A stretch of DNA of 64,000 bases, from NCBI GenBank assembly GCA_002633005.1, contig NMRA01000534.1, positions 1 to 64,000 on the forward strand. The letters run 5' to 3'. The translations under genes and the position numbers were made by a program. This DNA is from Phoronis australis (lineage: Eukaryota; Animalia; Phoronida). Shown here piece after piece: positions 39,701-54,700 of the stretch. The notes beneath the pieces are model-generated. The model was not told where the DNA came from and searched no databases. It saw only the letters and a program-made list of their open reading frames with translations. Each line of letters begins with the position of its first letter. The stretch's first letter is position 1.

Positions 39701-42700
39701 AAAATGGCAACGTCATCGGAGTATTGCATTGATGAAACCGGGCATTCTGACACATCCAGCTTGGATGAGAGCAGGCAGAGTTGCCATGATATTCCGAGTG
39801 CTTTTGAATTTTTTCACTGCCCTTCTACTGACCAAGAGTTATCTGTGGATATAGACTGCTGTGAAAGTGGACCTCTATGCGACCATTACGTTAGTGAGAG
39901 ACGGTCAGGAGCACGCTGTCCCCGTCAGTTCATGTCTACCACTTTCCCTACCTCTTTATCAAGTTCAAATCACAGGTCTAAAAATAAAAAGTCTGTGTGT
40001 ATTGTTATAGAAGCCAAGATCCATCACAGCAATGTGTGTGACAAGTCTTCAACTGTGATACCACGACCCAGGGGGATCATGGACGTCAACTTCAAACTAC
40101 TTCAGTCAGGAGTTGCTGTTTTGACAGGTAGGAGGCTAATAATGTCTTGATGAATTGTACGAATACCAGTGTGTGAAGTTTTCTAATCCCACTCCCTGAA
40201 GCCATCTCAGTAGCTTACTTCTATAGTTATTCCAAGTTAATGTTGAATCCTATTGAAAAGTCTATATTTAGCCAAATATGTACAAAACTGTATATTTTAA
40301 CTCACTTAAAGTATATATTATCTGAAAGTAGTTAACCCTGAACCCTGTAGAATTCGATTTTTGATTTTTGCCAGTCTACCATTAATTATGTCACTTGTTT
40401 TTAGTTAAATTTAGCAAAAAAGAAATGTACATCCTAAACGATGCAACGCCATCAGTAAAAAGACCAAATTTTGTTCGATATAAATGTTCAAGACGTAATC
40501 TAAATGTGCTGTTTCTGTTTTCTAAGTTACTGTTTCGCTTTAAACAACTTTAGAAAATGGTCGGACAAGTGGGTCCCTCACTAGAAATGATTGAGAACCA
40601 GTTATTCTCACTGAATAATGCCCGTTTTTCAATGGGAGTAATTGGTTATCCATTTCTAAATCAGGTACCCACCTATCTGATTATTACCAAAGGGCACGTG
40701 TGGTCTTTTTCATGGAAATCACAACGTCTCTATTTTTGATAGCCCCTCATGCAAGTGTGGAATATTTTAAAAAGAATTCCTTACAGTGTGTTTAAAGAAC
40801 AGTGTATACCGTATGTGATCAGTTCGTGTCAGTTTGGCCTATCATTTCCGCAGTTTGCCATATTTGGATGTTTGTCCAGGGTTGTACAAAACCTTAAAGA
40901 AAGCTAATATTTTTTGCTTCCTTTTGAAGAGTAAAAGTACACAAGGATTGCCTGTATTGGTCAGTTCTATTTTTGTGGAATGACGTTATCTGTTACCATA
41001 GATGGTATGCATGAAAACCTCATCAGCCGAGGAATTTTTCAATCCTTGTACAGATGCCAAAAAATGTACTACTAATGCCACTGGTGAAATTGGGTTGTTT
41101 TATGGATTTACCTTTGATATGAGATTAATCACAATTATAAAATGTATTTGTTGCCACGAAAAACTAGTTACAAAAAAGGTTATGCGTTCTTTTGTTTTCC
41201 CAAAAACTTTCTTTCAGGATGCCGAAATAATGTTGGTTTGTGAGATCACCATCATTTACTTTTAGGGCAGCCTTGTTTCTTTGAATTCTGTCTAACAACT
41301 GCAAATCAGTTTCCATTTGTTTAGAAAATATTGAAAAGACTAGTGGGTAGAATTGTTATGTTGATGTTGGATAAACAAATTCATGTGAAATCTGAGTCAA
41401 CCAAAACAGATTTTCTTAATGCCAATATGTTTCCACTATACTTGTTTTTCTAGTGTAGTACATCTCTTGTCCAAACAGTGGTATCACTCAGTTACTGTTC
41501 ACTGCACATGGTGGTCATCCTGTGGTCAGTTGATCATATTACTGCTGCTGGTGTTCTGGCCACCACAAAATTTGGATACAATTAGTTTGTGGGTGCCCAT
41601 GGTGCTCCGAAACATACACATGTCTGTTTGTGGAGTCAAACTGTAACTTTCTCAGCATCTCTGGGTGGGGAATTGTGTCATTGACTTGCAAAGGTAGTCT
41701 AACTTTATCATTCTTTCAAGATAGCATTCTGATGATGTGTTTGGTGAAAATTATAATGACGTTTCTCCAAATTTGAAAAAGTTAACAATAACTGAAATTG
41801 TCATTTTCCATTTTCAGTTCTAAGTATGGCACTTGGGTTGTTTTGTGGTGAATGCTATATTCGAAATAAGCTAATAAAAATATTTTTGTAGAAAATGTTG
41901 CCAAAGTAAAATGCTCTTTCTTGCCGGGCTGTAAAGTCAAACTTGATTTCCTGAAAAAGTTGAGAACAAGTTTTGTTGCTTTGGTATTGTTCAAATTCCC
42001 AAAATACCTTATGACCTGCTAGGTAAAACAAAGATTTATCTTCCAATTCGTATTGACTACTTTAACACACCATTCTTGTTAACATCAATGAAGTTTGCCC
42101 TGTTGGACCATTGGTGGCTTTCAGATTCAAATGCTGTTTCTACTTAAGGAAATAGCTGAACTCTCCAAAAATTCCTAACTTCCAAACTTTGATGCCTTTG
42201 GTTCCAGCTTGAAGAGTTCTATTAACACACTTGGGTAACTTAATAGCAGATCTTCTTGCCTGTTTTTTTTTTACATAACTAAAATTTAACCTTTCCCAGG
42301 CGCCTTCCACTGTCATTGTCGCCATCCTCTCCACAACTGTCTGCATAGTGTAGGGTTTCATTCTATTGTAAACAAACTACAATAACACAACCAGATACTT
42401 TGATCATGGGCATCTGTAATGTTGTAACAGCTCTCATGGGTTTTGTTTCCTTCAGAAATTGGACAAACTGCTCTCTTGGGTTTTGTTTCATTCGGAATTG
42501 GGACAAACTGCCAGGTTAATTGACTCTAACCTCATCAGGATTAGGAATTTCAGATTCTTGATCAGCTGATATATTTACATAAAGATTCCCAGTTGCTTTA
42601 GAGATGCTCAGACGCTAGTTTAGTCAAAACTTTTCTCCGAATGATACTCTCTGATACGGCTGTAGATTTACGAAATCAAGGTATGGTTCATTGGTCCCAA

Positions 42701-45700
42701 AAGGGATCTTAACTTATTATTATTTTCATTCTCTCTCAAAGTGACTTATTCAAATTAAGCTGAATATAGCATACTTTTTTTGAAAAGTTTAGTTTTTGAA
42801 TTTCTGACAGTGCGCTTCAAAATAACACAAAAGGACACCAACACTCACTTTTTATAAACTTATAAAATTTGATAGCAAATTAACACAAATAGTTGTTCCC
42901 ATCTCTTTTAAAAGCTTGCTAAAGAGAAAGCTTAACCACTTAATTTTCTATGGGGTGTTGCTTTGTTCTTGAAGAACTAGGCATTTCAAACACACATACA
43001 AGACTATGGAATGTCCAGGTGTGGGTAATAATTTAGATAATCCCTTAAATGAGGCATGGCATTTTTGTGTTGATGGATGGAAGAAAGCTGATGGAGTCAA
43101 TATACTCTGTGTGGGTGTGCATTGTTCCACAGGTTGATAAAATATGCTGAGGTCCATTTTTAGCTCATTGTTTTTATCCTTTTATCCAGTTAACAATACC
43201 ACCTTTGTTATAGAAACTGTGGGAAAACAAAGAGTTTCTCGTAATGAGGACAATGATATCAAGTCACCAACCACAACCAAAATTGATACAGGATTGAGGT
43301 TTCTCAACACCCAAAATTGTTGGTTTTACTGAGAAAATAATAGTGGTAGTAGTGGCTCCTGTTGTCAGAACTTTAATCTGAAAGCCATGTTTAGCAAGCA
43401 TCAAATGTGTTACAGTGTTCTATGCCACGACTTGCTATTTCCTTAGGTGGACTTGTTACCAAAACGAAAAAAGCAACTTAACTTGGTTCATTAGCATTTT
43501 TGTATTGTAAATAGATTTCAGTTAATCTTTAAGAGGAAACTGGTGTTCACTTTGGCTCTGTTAGTCAAATGTGTTTTACAGGTAAACACGTCTACGTTCT
43601 ACAAAATCTCTTTAATTCTCTTTGCGTCAAGTACCCTTCAGTTTCACATCAAGACGTTTTGTTTCCCACGACATTGCCTATCATCTCATCGCTGTTTATT
43701 TCCCTCTGTATCCCAGTGACGTGTCTACTGTGTCTCTATGGACACCTTTGACTCCTTCCCTTCCTTGTTTTCGTATTCTTTGCCTCGTCATGGGAACAGC
43801 CAAATATGTATTTATACAATAAGAACTGATTGGTAGTAACAAAACTGGTATCCTGGTTACGTAGTACCTTATCAACAAATCTGTGTATTGAGCAAAGTAT
43901 CCTCAAAACTATAGATTTTAACACACTACTAAAGTTTATATTTTTTCTTAAAATAGAAAGTATCTCGACGTTCATTTTGAATTCATATCCATCGGCTATT
44001 AATTGGGTCACATAATCATGTCTGTTTATAGCGAAAAAAGGTACATTGGTATTAGGATTCAGAATAATGTTGGATTCTAGATTTGTAGAAAAAGAATTGT
44101 TTCAATAATGTGACTATGTTTTGTTTGATGTAAATGTTCTAAGAGGAAATATGCAAAATGCTGTTATAGTTTTCAAAATTATCATTTCATTTTCATTTTA
44201 TGTAACTTGATTTTGTTCATTAAAATCAAATGTCCTGTTTGTATAGGCCATCATGCAAACGTGGAACATTTTAAAAACAATTCCTAAGTGTGTTTTGAGA
44301 ACGGTTCATAAAGTACAGCCTCTGTGAATCCAACTGGCCTTTTGTGAGAGATGATGAATTCTTCAATATCAGGGATTTAGTGCAATTTTTGTAAAGCATC
44401 CCTGAAATATCTATCAGTCCTTGGGTTCCTAGGATGGTTAAAATGGAACTAAACCATGTTTTGGCCTATCAAAAGATAATATAAATGACTTCTTTGAAAC
44501 AAAATAATGCTTTGTAACCTCAAAATTTGGAGGAAAATTTGAAAACTCGCGCTTGCCCGTTTCGAAGTCTGTTAAACGGGCAAGCGTGACCTAGGGTTTT
44601 AACAAATTACAAGGCAACTGTGGAGAAGGAAACCTACCAAGAACCATAATGTCCAACATAGGAAGTGTGAGTTTTTAGTTGATTCCTGCTTTTGTCTTTC
44701 GAGACTGATGTCAATGATGCAAGAGCTGGTGATTGAAGGAGAATTTCTTGAAATCGTCAAAGCAGAATTTCGTATCATTTTAAATGGCAAAGGCATTTTA
44801 TGCAGTAACTTAAGCAATGGATTATTATTTGAAAGATATGTATTTAAGATTAAACATTCAAAGAATCAATATTTTACCTGGAACAAGCATTGCATGTTTG
44901 TCACTTCATTATGGTAAATGTCATCGTGTACGTGTATAATTTCCAATGGCCACATCCCCACATCCCCAAATACCGCAATGCCTTTCTTGATTCTGTGGTA
45001 TTTACCCACAATGCTGTGTATCATAGCTCACTTGTTTCACTGTTGTTTGCTGCTATTGTGCTTATAGGCCCTTTCATATTGACTTAACTCCGGTTTGAGC
45101 AGAGCGTCGACGTAAACAGCGCAGTTAACTGGACCCGTTCATACTGGCTTCGGTAGTTAATGACCATCGAAGTTAAGTGTTAGTGACGCTGATGTCATCG
45201 AAGTTATCGTAAGGTAGCGTTGCACGCTAAGATTTTTTTCAAAGTGACAATTTGGGAACATTTAAATGTGCTAAATGACATTAAACTCATTTTTAAATCG
45301 ATTGGTTATCATTAGAGCAAGAAATAAGTAGTTATTAGTGACGACACTACTCTGTAACTGTTGACGATAACAGTGGCACCTGGCGATAACTTCGATTGGA
45401 CCGGTGTTCAGCGTTCATACTGCACTGCAGCGTCGACGCTGCGGTCTTAAATCCACCTGTTAACTGCGACGTTAACTGGAGCTGTTAACTGCGATCCAGG
45501 ACCGGAGTTAAGCGTTCATACTGACCGCAACTCCCCAACCATTGACGCGTCAACATTATTATAAAAGGCCCTTATTACTTTTTTCTGTTAAGGTAGTTTA
45601 TCATTCACCATTCTAATGGCGCTTTAGGTTAAAACAACTTTTTATGTTATCTTTACTGAATTGTAGTTATCTCAAAGAGACATTTTAAACTTTAATTATA

Positions 45701-48700
45701 GTTCCTCTGGCATATATTTACTATCATTGCAACAATGTAAAGTGACACAAGGGATCAGTAAAAAGCCTGCATCTTGGTGCCATCTGCATTCACTTCCGTA
45801 CGTCATATTTTTTGAAGCAATGGCACTCCCCCAATATCCACAACAGAAAATTCAAAACTTGATGATATTTACAATATTAAACTTGATGAACATATACATA
45901 CTGTGCATGGTTCGTATGTAAATGTTTGTAGTCAGCGTATATACATCATTGCTTGCAATCAGTACACTGAATTGATTTCTTTCAAGACTTAAAAGTCCCG
46001 TTTAGACATCAACTTTTGGCCCAGCGCAACTGACACGGAGCAAATTGACCTGTGTCAAGTGACTGTTTACACACACAACTCACTAACTGTGGCATGACGG
46101 AAATTTGCAGGCTGGAGAGAGTGGATGGCCCATGCGCAGGTTTACAAATGACCAGAGTTTTAGAGACAAAGAACCCGTACGTAGGTCATTAGGCAAGCGC
46201 AGTAGAGGTGATCCCTTCCGCTTTGCTCCAGTTTCGCGTTTAGACATATAATTTACACGGAGCAAGTTGTTCGGGCGCAAATTGCGCTACCTCGCAAACA
46301 GGTGTCAATTTGCTCCTTGTCAGTCCGTTTACACACTGGAACAACTCGTTCTGTGTCAGGTTATTCGTGTCAACTTTGTAAGTGTAAACAGCACCAAACA
46401 TCCAAGATATCTGCTTCCATAAAAAGTGAGCCCTCTCTTTTAAGTTCAAACTTGCTCCATTGATTTTCAAACTCGTTGCAGGTGAGCTAAACTCATCGCA
46501 ACAGAATTCTATCTCCTCACTGCAACAGTTGAAAAGTTGGCTAAAGTTGCCATTCATAGGCATCTCCATACTTTGTTTATGTGTGTGTGGGCAGTTATGT
46601 AATATTCAGTGGGAACACTCCCCTCTACCAGGACAGACCCCTGTTGGGATAATGTTCCATGTCACTGTAACATGTGTGCTGCATCCTTCCAAATGGTTTT
46701 CTGACCAGCAGGGGTGTGAATCTATATTCTTTTAATTAGTTCATGATTGAATGTGTACATCCTTGGCTGTCACAAGACTTGGTTGCTTATTCTGGATATA
46801 GCTATTGGTTAAAGCAGTTATGATAAGGTCTCTTTATCTTATCCCCTGGAGATTACTTAGAAGAAAACGATAGACAGGCTGCTTAAAAAAGAAAGTGATA
46901 TTTGCATGCCGTGTATTCAGAAGTTAATTGTTGAATTATTAAAGATAAATTGAATGGACCATGCAGATTATATAACTACTATGTTTTATTAGTCATGATG
47001 AAATGTCTTATATTTAGGATGGCTATCAATTCTATTCAAATTCTGAAACTTTCACAAAAAAATTCCCCTTTTGACACAACGCTTTTCTTTTCAAAAACCT
47101 TGGATAATATCAGGCACCAAAAATTGTTGTGTATTTACAAATTGTGTATTAGAAATTAGTGAGTTATACCAGACTTTTGTTCTTGGTACTGAAGTATCCA
47201 TTCAGAATGTACCATACCACAAAACAACTCTTTGTCTTTTCATACTTCCTTGGATATCAAGTTACAGTAGTTCTGTTATCAACTAAGACAGTTTAAGAGA
47301 TGCCATATCAACTAGTTCTTACCAGTTACTTAACAGTTAAAGATTGTGAAGGATGGTCTCCAGTTATCTTGGGTCGGTTCCAAGAAAATTGACTTAGCTA
47401 AGACAAATCTTACATTTTTTAGTCAATTTTAAGATAAAACTTAAATTTGTCTTAAGTCTGTTTCAAGAAGGTGATCTTAAGTTTGACTAAGTTTTTTACT
47501 TAAGTGTTGCCTTAAGTTTGACTAACTTACCGGATGTGGCAGTTTCAAAGTTGAGACAAATCTTACACTTCAGTCAAAATTGAACTTAAGTCAGTTTCTT
47601 GGACCGGGATCCTTAACTCTAATGATAAGCAATTGAAAATGGTTACATTACATTTTGTTTGATACAAGCTTGCATTTGGTGATTGAGTCTGATTCAGATT
47701 TCCATAGCATTGATGGCTAAAATTTTGTTAGTACAGGTATTGAAAAAAAATGAATTCAAAGTTTGTCTGGTTTTGTCAAATTTATGATGAATACCCACTA
47801 GGGACCGTATCAGAAATTGTGCTAATTCCTTTGAAAAGGCCTTTAATTTTTGTTCCGAAATTTTACTCATTTTCAACAAAAAGAGGTGTCTTAGACTTTT
47901 TAAAACCACTGCACCTGCTGGTTCCTGCCGCAAAGTTAACTCGTTAGACGCTGGTGGTCATTTATGAAACAGGTTCAACAGTTATCCGTATTTCACTCCA
48001 GCCAATGCTAGTCCTTGTTTTTTGCTGCTCAAATTTTAGGCATAGCTGGGTAATTGAAATCAGGTGTGCTCTGAAGCAGCAGAGACTGAACAACAGCCGG
48101 TCCCCTTCAATTCCAATTAACTTTGTCTCATTTGCACACTCCTTGTGGAATTTGCAATGTGCTCCAACCATTAAGTTCTTTTTCTGGTACTCTGTGTCAC
48201 CAATGCCTGCAAAACCAATTATTTGGTGTTTTCCCCTAAGCTTTGTTGTCTTCGCTGAATTAGTAACCTTACGCCTGGGGCCGTAGGTTATCTTTTAGGG
48301 CTTGATGTGGACTATTAGTAGCTTATTTAATTCGCTGTGTCGTACTTCAAAAGTAATCCGACACTGAACTTAAAAGATTATTTTGTTGAAATGGGTTATT
48401 TACCGCATATAAAAACAAAGCTTCCCTTAATTATTTGTACGTGGTTGTCAGGTTGAATCTGTATCTCCTCTGCATTTTTGTGGGATAACTATGAAATACA
48501 AAATTATACAAAATTCCAAAATTGGCTTGTTCCGATTGGACAAAAAATTGATTGAATTGGTTCCGTGTACTTACACCAGTTTAGGATCTAGTCATGCTCA
48601 GGGGTCTCGGATTTTGTGAACCAGTTTGATGCCAGGTATTCAATTTGAGAAAACTGGTTCTCAACATGTTGGGACCACTGTAAGTGGCCATTACCTCAGT

Positions 48701-51700
48701 TTGTGCCGAGATTGACAATCTGAGGCCCATTGGTGACCCGAGGTATCCTGCGTATCATGTACTGAAAACAATGAACACTACGTTTCTTTGACTTCAATCA
48801 CTCTGGTTCACTTGTTCATTCATAGCATGATTATGGTGAAGTTATGTTTTATTGGCAAATTCCTTTGTTGTAAACATTTTATAACTAGGAAGAGTAAAAG
48901 GTCAAATAAGGAAAAAATGCTATCTTGAAACAGGAAAAAGTCAAACTTGGTGCAATGAATTGAACTACAAAGCCAAAAACGAGGTTGGCTATTTAATGAA
49001 TTAGCAACTCTGGAAATGATCTTCAGATTGTTCTTTTCATTTCTTTAAAATTTTAGATCTCGTCTTTGCTTGTCTTGTGATATTGTTTTTGGCATTATTC
49101 AGCTCCCCTGTTTTACTGTTAATTTTTTTACCATTCAGGTGGTCGTGATTGCCGTGGAGGTCCTGTTGTCACCATGGTTACCAAGCCTTCTATCTGGTCC
49201 TCTGTGTCTGTCAGTCCCAAAGACTTGGCTAAACTGTTGACATACTATTACCAAGTGCCAAGGTAAGGACTCTCTAAGATACAACCCTGATGCAGAAACC
49301 CTGATGAATTTACTATTGATAGTCATACTATTCGTTTCAAGTACCACTGGCTCCAAAGGCTCTCCCGTAGAAATTGGCAGTGTTTTTTCGCCTCCAGCTT
49401 ATAGTCTCTGGCATTTTAGCTATGTGATATCTAAAGAAGTTTGGTGTTGTCTCGTGTGTTATATCATCATTGCTATTATCTGAGATACCCATTTTCGACG
49501 TTGGTGTGGATTTTTGCTTCGACACTCCCTGTAGAACCTCCACTGCTAGCAAAACAAGTTACAAAAATAAATTTGCATTGACAGGATGACCATCCTGTTA
49601 CTGGTCTCTGTAAATAGATAATAGAAGTATGTCTTTTGGGCCAGAATTTTGAAGTTGTTTCACGAGCATTCAGTTTCTGGTAGTACGTGGTTTAAACCAC
49701 TTGGAAATTTGATGTGTAATATAGATTTACAGTGAGGTACAAATGATACCAAAACTGAGCGGTTAACTGAATTTTACCCCTGACCACCATCTAATACCGA
49801 TTGATGCATTTCAATGTCTTTTCAGGGAGCATGTCCGCCAAAAGGGGTTCAGCATTGCCATTGATGGCCGGGACGCCAGCATAGACATGTTTGATGTTCT
49901 ATTTGATGCACTGTTCTTTTTGCAGGTAAATGTCTTGTGAAGTTGATTAAAGTAGATCATGGTAATACAAAAATATGTAGAAATGTCTCGTACGCTGTGA
50001 CCCTTCATTTTACATCCTTCAGTTTCAAAATGTTTTCCTGTGTAATCTTTTGATGAACGTCAGTTCATTGTTATTTTGACTGTCTGGTGAGACTGACTGT
50101 TTTCAAAATGTCACAGTTTTAAATTCTTAGTTAAGGTTTATTATCTATTACTGAAGTTGTCTCAGTGATTTTTTTCAACTGCATGATTGGACTAAGACTT
50201 GGCATGTGTTGTCTTCAGTCACTGAGATAATGGAAATAGCAACGCCTATAGGCACTTTGACATCACAAAGAATCTTTACAAACTTAAGTCCAAAACAGTT
50301 TGTCGAGTACATTTTGTACTGTTGGATTTTTCCCATTACTCAACGCGATGCTGATGAAATATTGTGAAGTGTCTACTACCTGAAGGTTTTTGTAGTGACG
50401 ACTACAAGTGAAATTGTGTTTTGTTAAATTTCTGCACGAAAGTAAAGATTAAGTACATTTTAATTTGTTACAAGTACAGTTTGTAGTGCATAGATGTCAT
50501 AAAACAACATTTGCTTAAGTTCCCATTATTTGCAAAAAGTTCATTAGGTATCGAAGGAAAGAAAAATATTAGCTTGGCAATTATTTTTTCAGAAAATAAT
50601 TTGGAGAATTGTAGTATTATAAAGAAATTTTGTTTCTAGGGGTATCTACTCCCACCTTCTCATACCGACTAAGATCCAAGTTTTGGCAACACTTCTGCCG
50701 CCATAGTCCAGTAAACACAAAATCTTAGTGCATTTTAATGAAACGAGTCATCACTGTGCATTTCAGCTTCTAGAAATAAGACAAAATATCATCAATTTTA
50801 AGATGCTTTGCGGCAGACGAGTGAATTTTAAATTTTTCATTTTTGCATTGAAGGTGCCATTTCAAGTTCTTTACCGTGACAGCCACCACCAGGCAACATT
50901 TTTAAACGAATTGTGAAAAATGGAACAGTCAGACCAGTCTGTAAAGTTCTACAATTATACCTTTAGCACATTTCTCTTTCTCTGCATTTTTACGCCAGTG
51001 TCCCAGAAAAGTGGCATGTCACAGCTCACAACATGAAACACCCTGTGCTACAATCCCTCCTACGCCAAAGGCTGATCTATTGTTGGAGTTAGTTAAGAAG
51101 CTTGTTGTGACCTTATCTAGTAAACAGTGGTAAACAACTGGGCCTAATTTACAAAAGCTTTGAATAAAAATTTAGAGCAAATAACCTTCACAATGTTTTG
51201 ATGTGATTTTACGTTATTAATGTCTTGTTGCTTGTTCCAACTTAGGCAAACATTGCCAATGCGATCTCAGTGGTACACGTGATAGCAGATGACGCTCTCC
51301 AGTCACTCCTACTGAAGGCGTTGAAGCCACACTACCTGTTCAAACTTGACCTGTTGTCTTCGCCCACATTGCTACACAAATTCATCAGCCCGGACCAGTT
51401 GAATACAGAGTTTGGAGGCAGTTTGGCTTATGACCACGACGAATGGGTCAGCTTTAGAATGGTAAGATGGTGACGCTCCCTGGAGGAGATTTCAGTTAGT
51501 TGGTTAGTTAATGTTTTTCGAAAGCTGGTTGTGGGGAATCAGCTGTGAAGTTTTAGCTAGGCTTTTTGTCCACAAATTCAAATATTAGTGTTAATTCATT
51601 GTACCTGTGTTTTAAAATGTGTGTGTTTAAAGCAGTGAGAGAAAACAGTATTTTGTGATTTGCTCACCCTATTCTCATGGTGTTGACATCTTTGGTTGAT

Positions 51701-54700
51701 TTGTCTTTTTTAAAAGACATAAATAGTGCCTGTAAAACACTGTTTGCGGTCTTGTAAGAGGTCAAGGTATTTTTGGTGTCTTTTACTATTTTGAAACAAC
51801 TGATTTAACCACCGGCTGTTTGTAGCTTTTGTGATCTTCAGGTGATTGCCAGCACTGATGCTAGCGACCCCTAATATTACAACTTAAAGACTATTTATCA
51901 GATACTAACTTGAATATTTGTTAGGAAAGCTGAATGTTATTATGACAACACAAAAGTCATGTAAAAGCCATGATCAGCTTATAAAAATCCTCTTTATTAT
52001 AGCCACTTAATCTGTTAATCAAACCACAGATGACCCCACTTATTTATACTAACCATTATGTTGTCTGATAGTTAATACACAGTGCTGTTCACTTCAATTA
52101 GTGCACAAGAAAAATACCTGGGTAGTTATTTATGTCAACACTACTATATCAAAAGACACGTTATTTGGATGAAATGACATTAATATTAATATAATATAGT
52201 TATATGTTAATTAATATATTGATATTCATTGAGAAGTTGTTTGAGTGTCTGCCCATAGAACTGGGTTAAAACTAATAGATTTATCTTGCAAGTATGTTTT
52301 TGTTTCTGACTTGAAGCTGAACCAACAAGACGAAAGCTTTTTAAATTTAACTGAGATGTCAAAATCCATCTTTATATTCGTGCAAATAAATACAGGTCAT
52401 CGTTATAATCGCATGTTGATTAAGAGATTTCATGTGCTTGTTTGCCAGTCTCAACCAGTATTATATCTCTATATTCAAAAAAAGAAATGTTTTACACATT
52501 TAAGCACAACAAAGCTAAAAAAGGTTAATATTTCTGTGGTTCTTTTTTTTAAATCCACATGGGCACAGGAACTTTGTCCCTGAATGCCAGCACAGTATTC
52601 AGCACCTGTAGAAGGCGACTGTTCACAATTCTATTCATATGCCCAACTGACATAATCCCTAGTGTACATAGCACACAGGGTGTAAATATCAACAACACAC
52701 CTGAGGTTAGATGTGTTGAACATGCCTCTGGTCACGTTGTATTTTAATGCTATGAAGATAAGTTAGAGATAGTGTGTTATCCTATGCTGGTCGGTTTACC
52801 ATAGGCGGGAAAGCTGGTGATGAAATCTGTCTTCAATGTGAACTCTTTTGTGTCTGGGTAATTGTCTCCTAGTTTACCTGGGAATTTTAATTGTAAAGTG
52901 AGGAAGGCCAACCATGTGTTCGCTTAACCCCTTTTTTATCTGTCTCGGCTGTAAGACTGTCGTGCCAGTGCGAATACATTATAGTCAACTGAATGAGACA
53001 TCTGGATCAGTGCAGGTAACTGGAAAGAACTATGGTGTTAGTGAAGATATTTCATTGGAAATCTTGAGAAATTTTACAAAACACTTTGCCTCTGAATTGT
53101 GAATTGCAGTAAGATTTTTGCTATTTTTTCAGGCCATTGTTCTCTGAACTGAGAGCATTAATTATTGCTTACGTTTTCAGGATTCTGGTCTCTGGAATCA
53201 GAACGTATTATTGAGTGGTTAAGTGTTCAGACAAATTTTATATCTTTAAGTACACTTAGGCATGTATATGCTATGTTTTATCTCTAAGTACACTTAGACA
53301 TGTATATGCTGCTGATACATGGTTGTACAACAAAACAATGATGGAAACTGTTGTGTCGAGCTGGAACTTCAGTACATAGAGAACTGAGACCCATGCATAT
53401 GTTTCAGCATGTGACAATATTGTTTTTGCTTCCAGCGATTAGAGCCTTTCATGGACAACTGTACAAGTGTTGGCGGCATGTTAGTAAATGCAATGAGAAA
53501 GCTAAGTCAAGGGCAGACAACTCCGGCATCAATCTCTGAGGCAAACAAAATGATTGATGATCAACATGAGTTGATGAGGAAGTTGTTTGACGAACCATCA
53601 CTAGTCAGTCTGCAAACAGAGGGTGCTGCAATCATTCAGATACTCAACAAAGACCACTCGGAGCTTGGTAGAACCGAGGATTACAAGTAAGATGCTTCTT
53701 CACAACAATTTTGTTAAAAATAAAAAGCTGTGTGCAGTCCACAACCATAGAACCTCACTCGAAACTGGGCGCAAAAACTAACCAATCACAATGTTTGAAA
53801 TTTTAAAGCTTCCTCGAAGCGTGCCACTCAGTTGGGTAATTCTGTTGTTTTCCTGCCCTGGTGACTGGCGAGGCTTGTTTAATAGTTGTGTTTCTAAGTT
53901 GAAACTCCATCTATTGTTCGATTGTAGGTGTGGTAAAATCTCTCCAATTTCGGACAAAACTAACTTCCAAAATAACACTTCATTTTAATGCGCCCACGTA
54001 TTTATAAGTGGACGCATTATGCCGTCATCTCTGTCCATCCGTCCGTCCGGCGTCCGTCCGGCATCCGCTGCTTTATCTCCAAAACCGGTTGACGTAAGTT
54101 CGTGTAATTTTGCACATGTGTTCCTTTCGTGAATGGGACAGCATGAGCGAAGTTTCGGACGGATCCGACTACCAGTGTGTCCCCGTAGAGGCAATTTTAT
54201 TTTTTAAATTTACCTCTGTATCTTCAAAGGTCCTCAACATATTTTCACAAAATTTGGTATATAGGCATCTATTAGGGAGACGACAGTATTCCCTTGGTTT
54301 TGGATGGATTCGACGAAGTTTGCGCCACCTAGTGGCCATTTTTACTATTTTCAAGTCCGTTTTTTAGCGTGCACCCCTCTATCAACCAAACCGCTCTAAG
54401 CATGATTGTGTAAATTGGCATGTATGTTCTTACTATGAAAAGGACGGTTGACGATGATTTTCCGACGACTTCAACTACTGTGTCGCAATTTTTCAAAATA
54501 TTGTCTGTTGATAGCTACAGCGCAGATCTTGAATATGGCATCATTTTGGCTAGCATCAGTTATGAAAAAAATGAGAAAATAAAATTTCACCTGTCTACCA
54601 TATTGTTTTCTAAACTTGTGAGATTTTACTGTATTTTGGACAACTTGACCTTGTCATTATAGATTTTGATATCAAAAACATATTAAACAGTTCCCAACCC

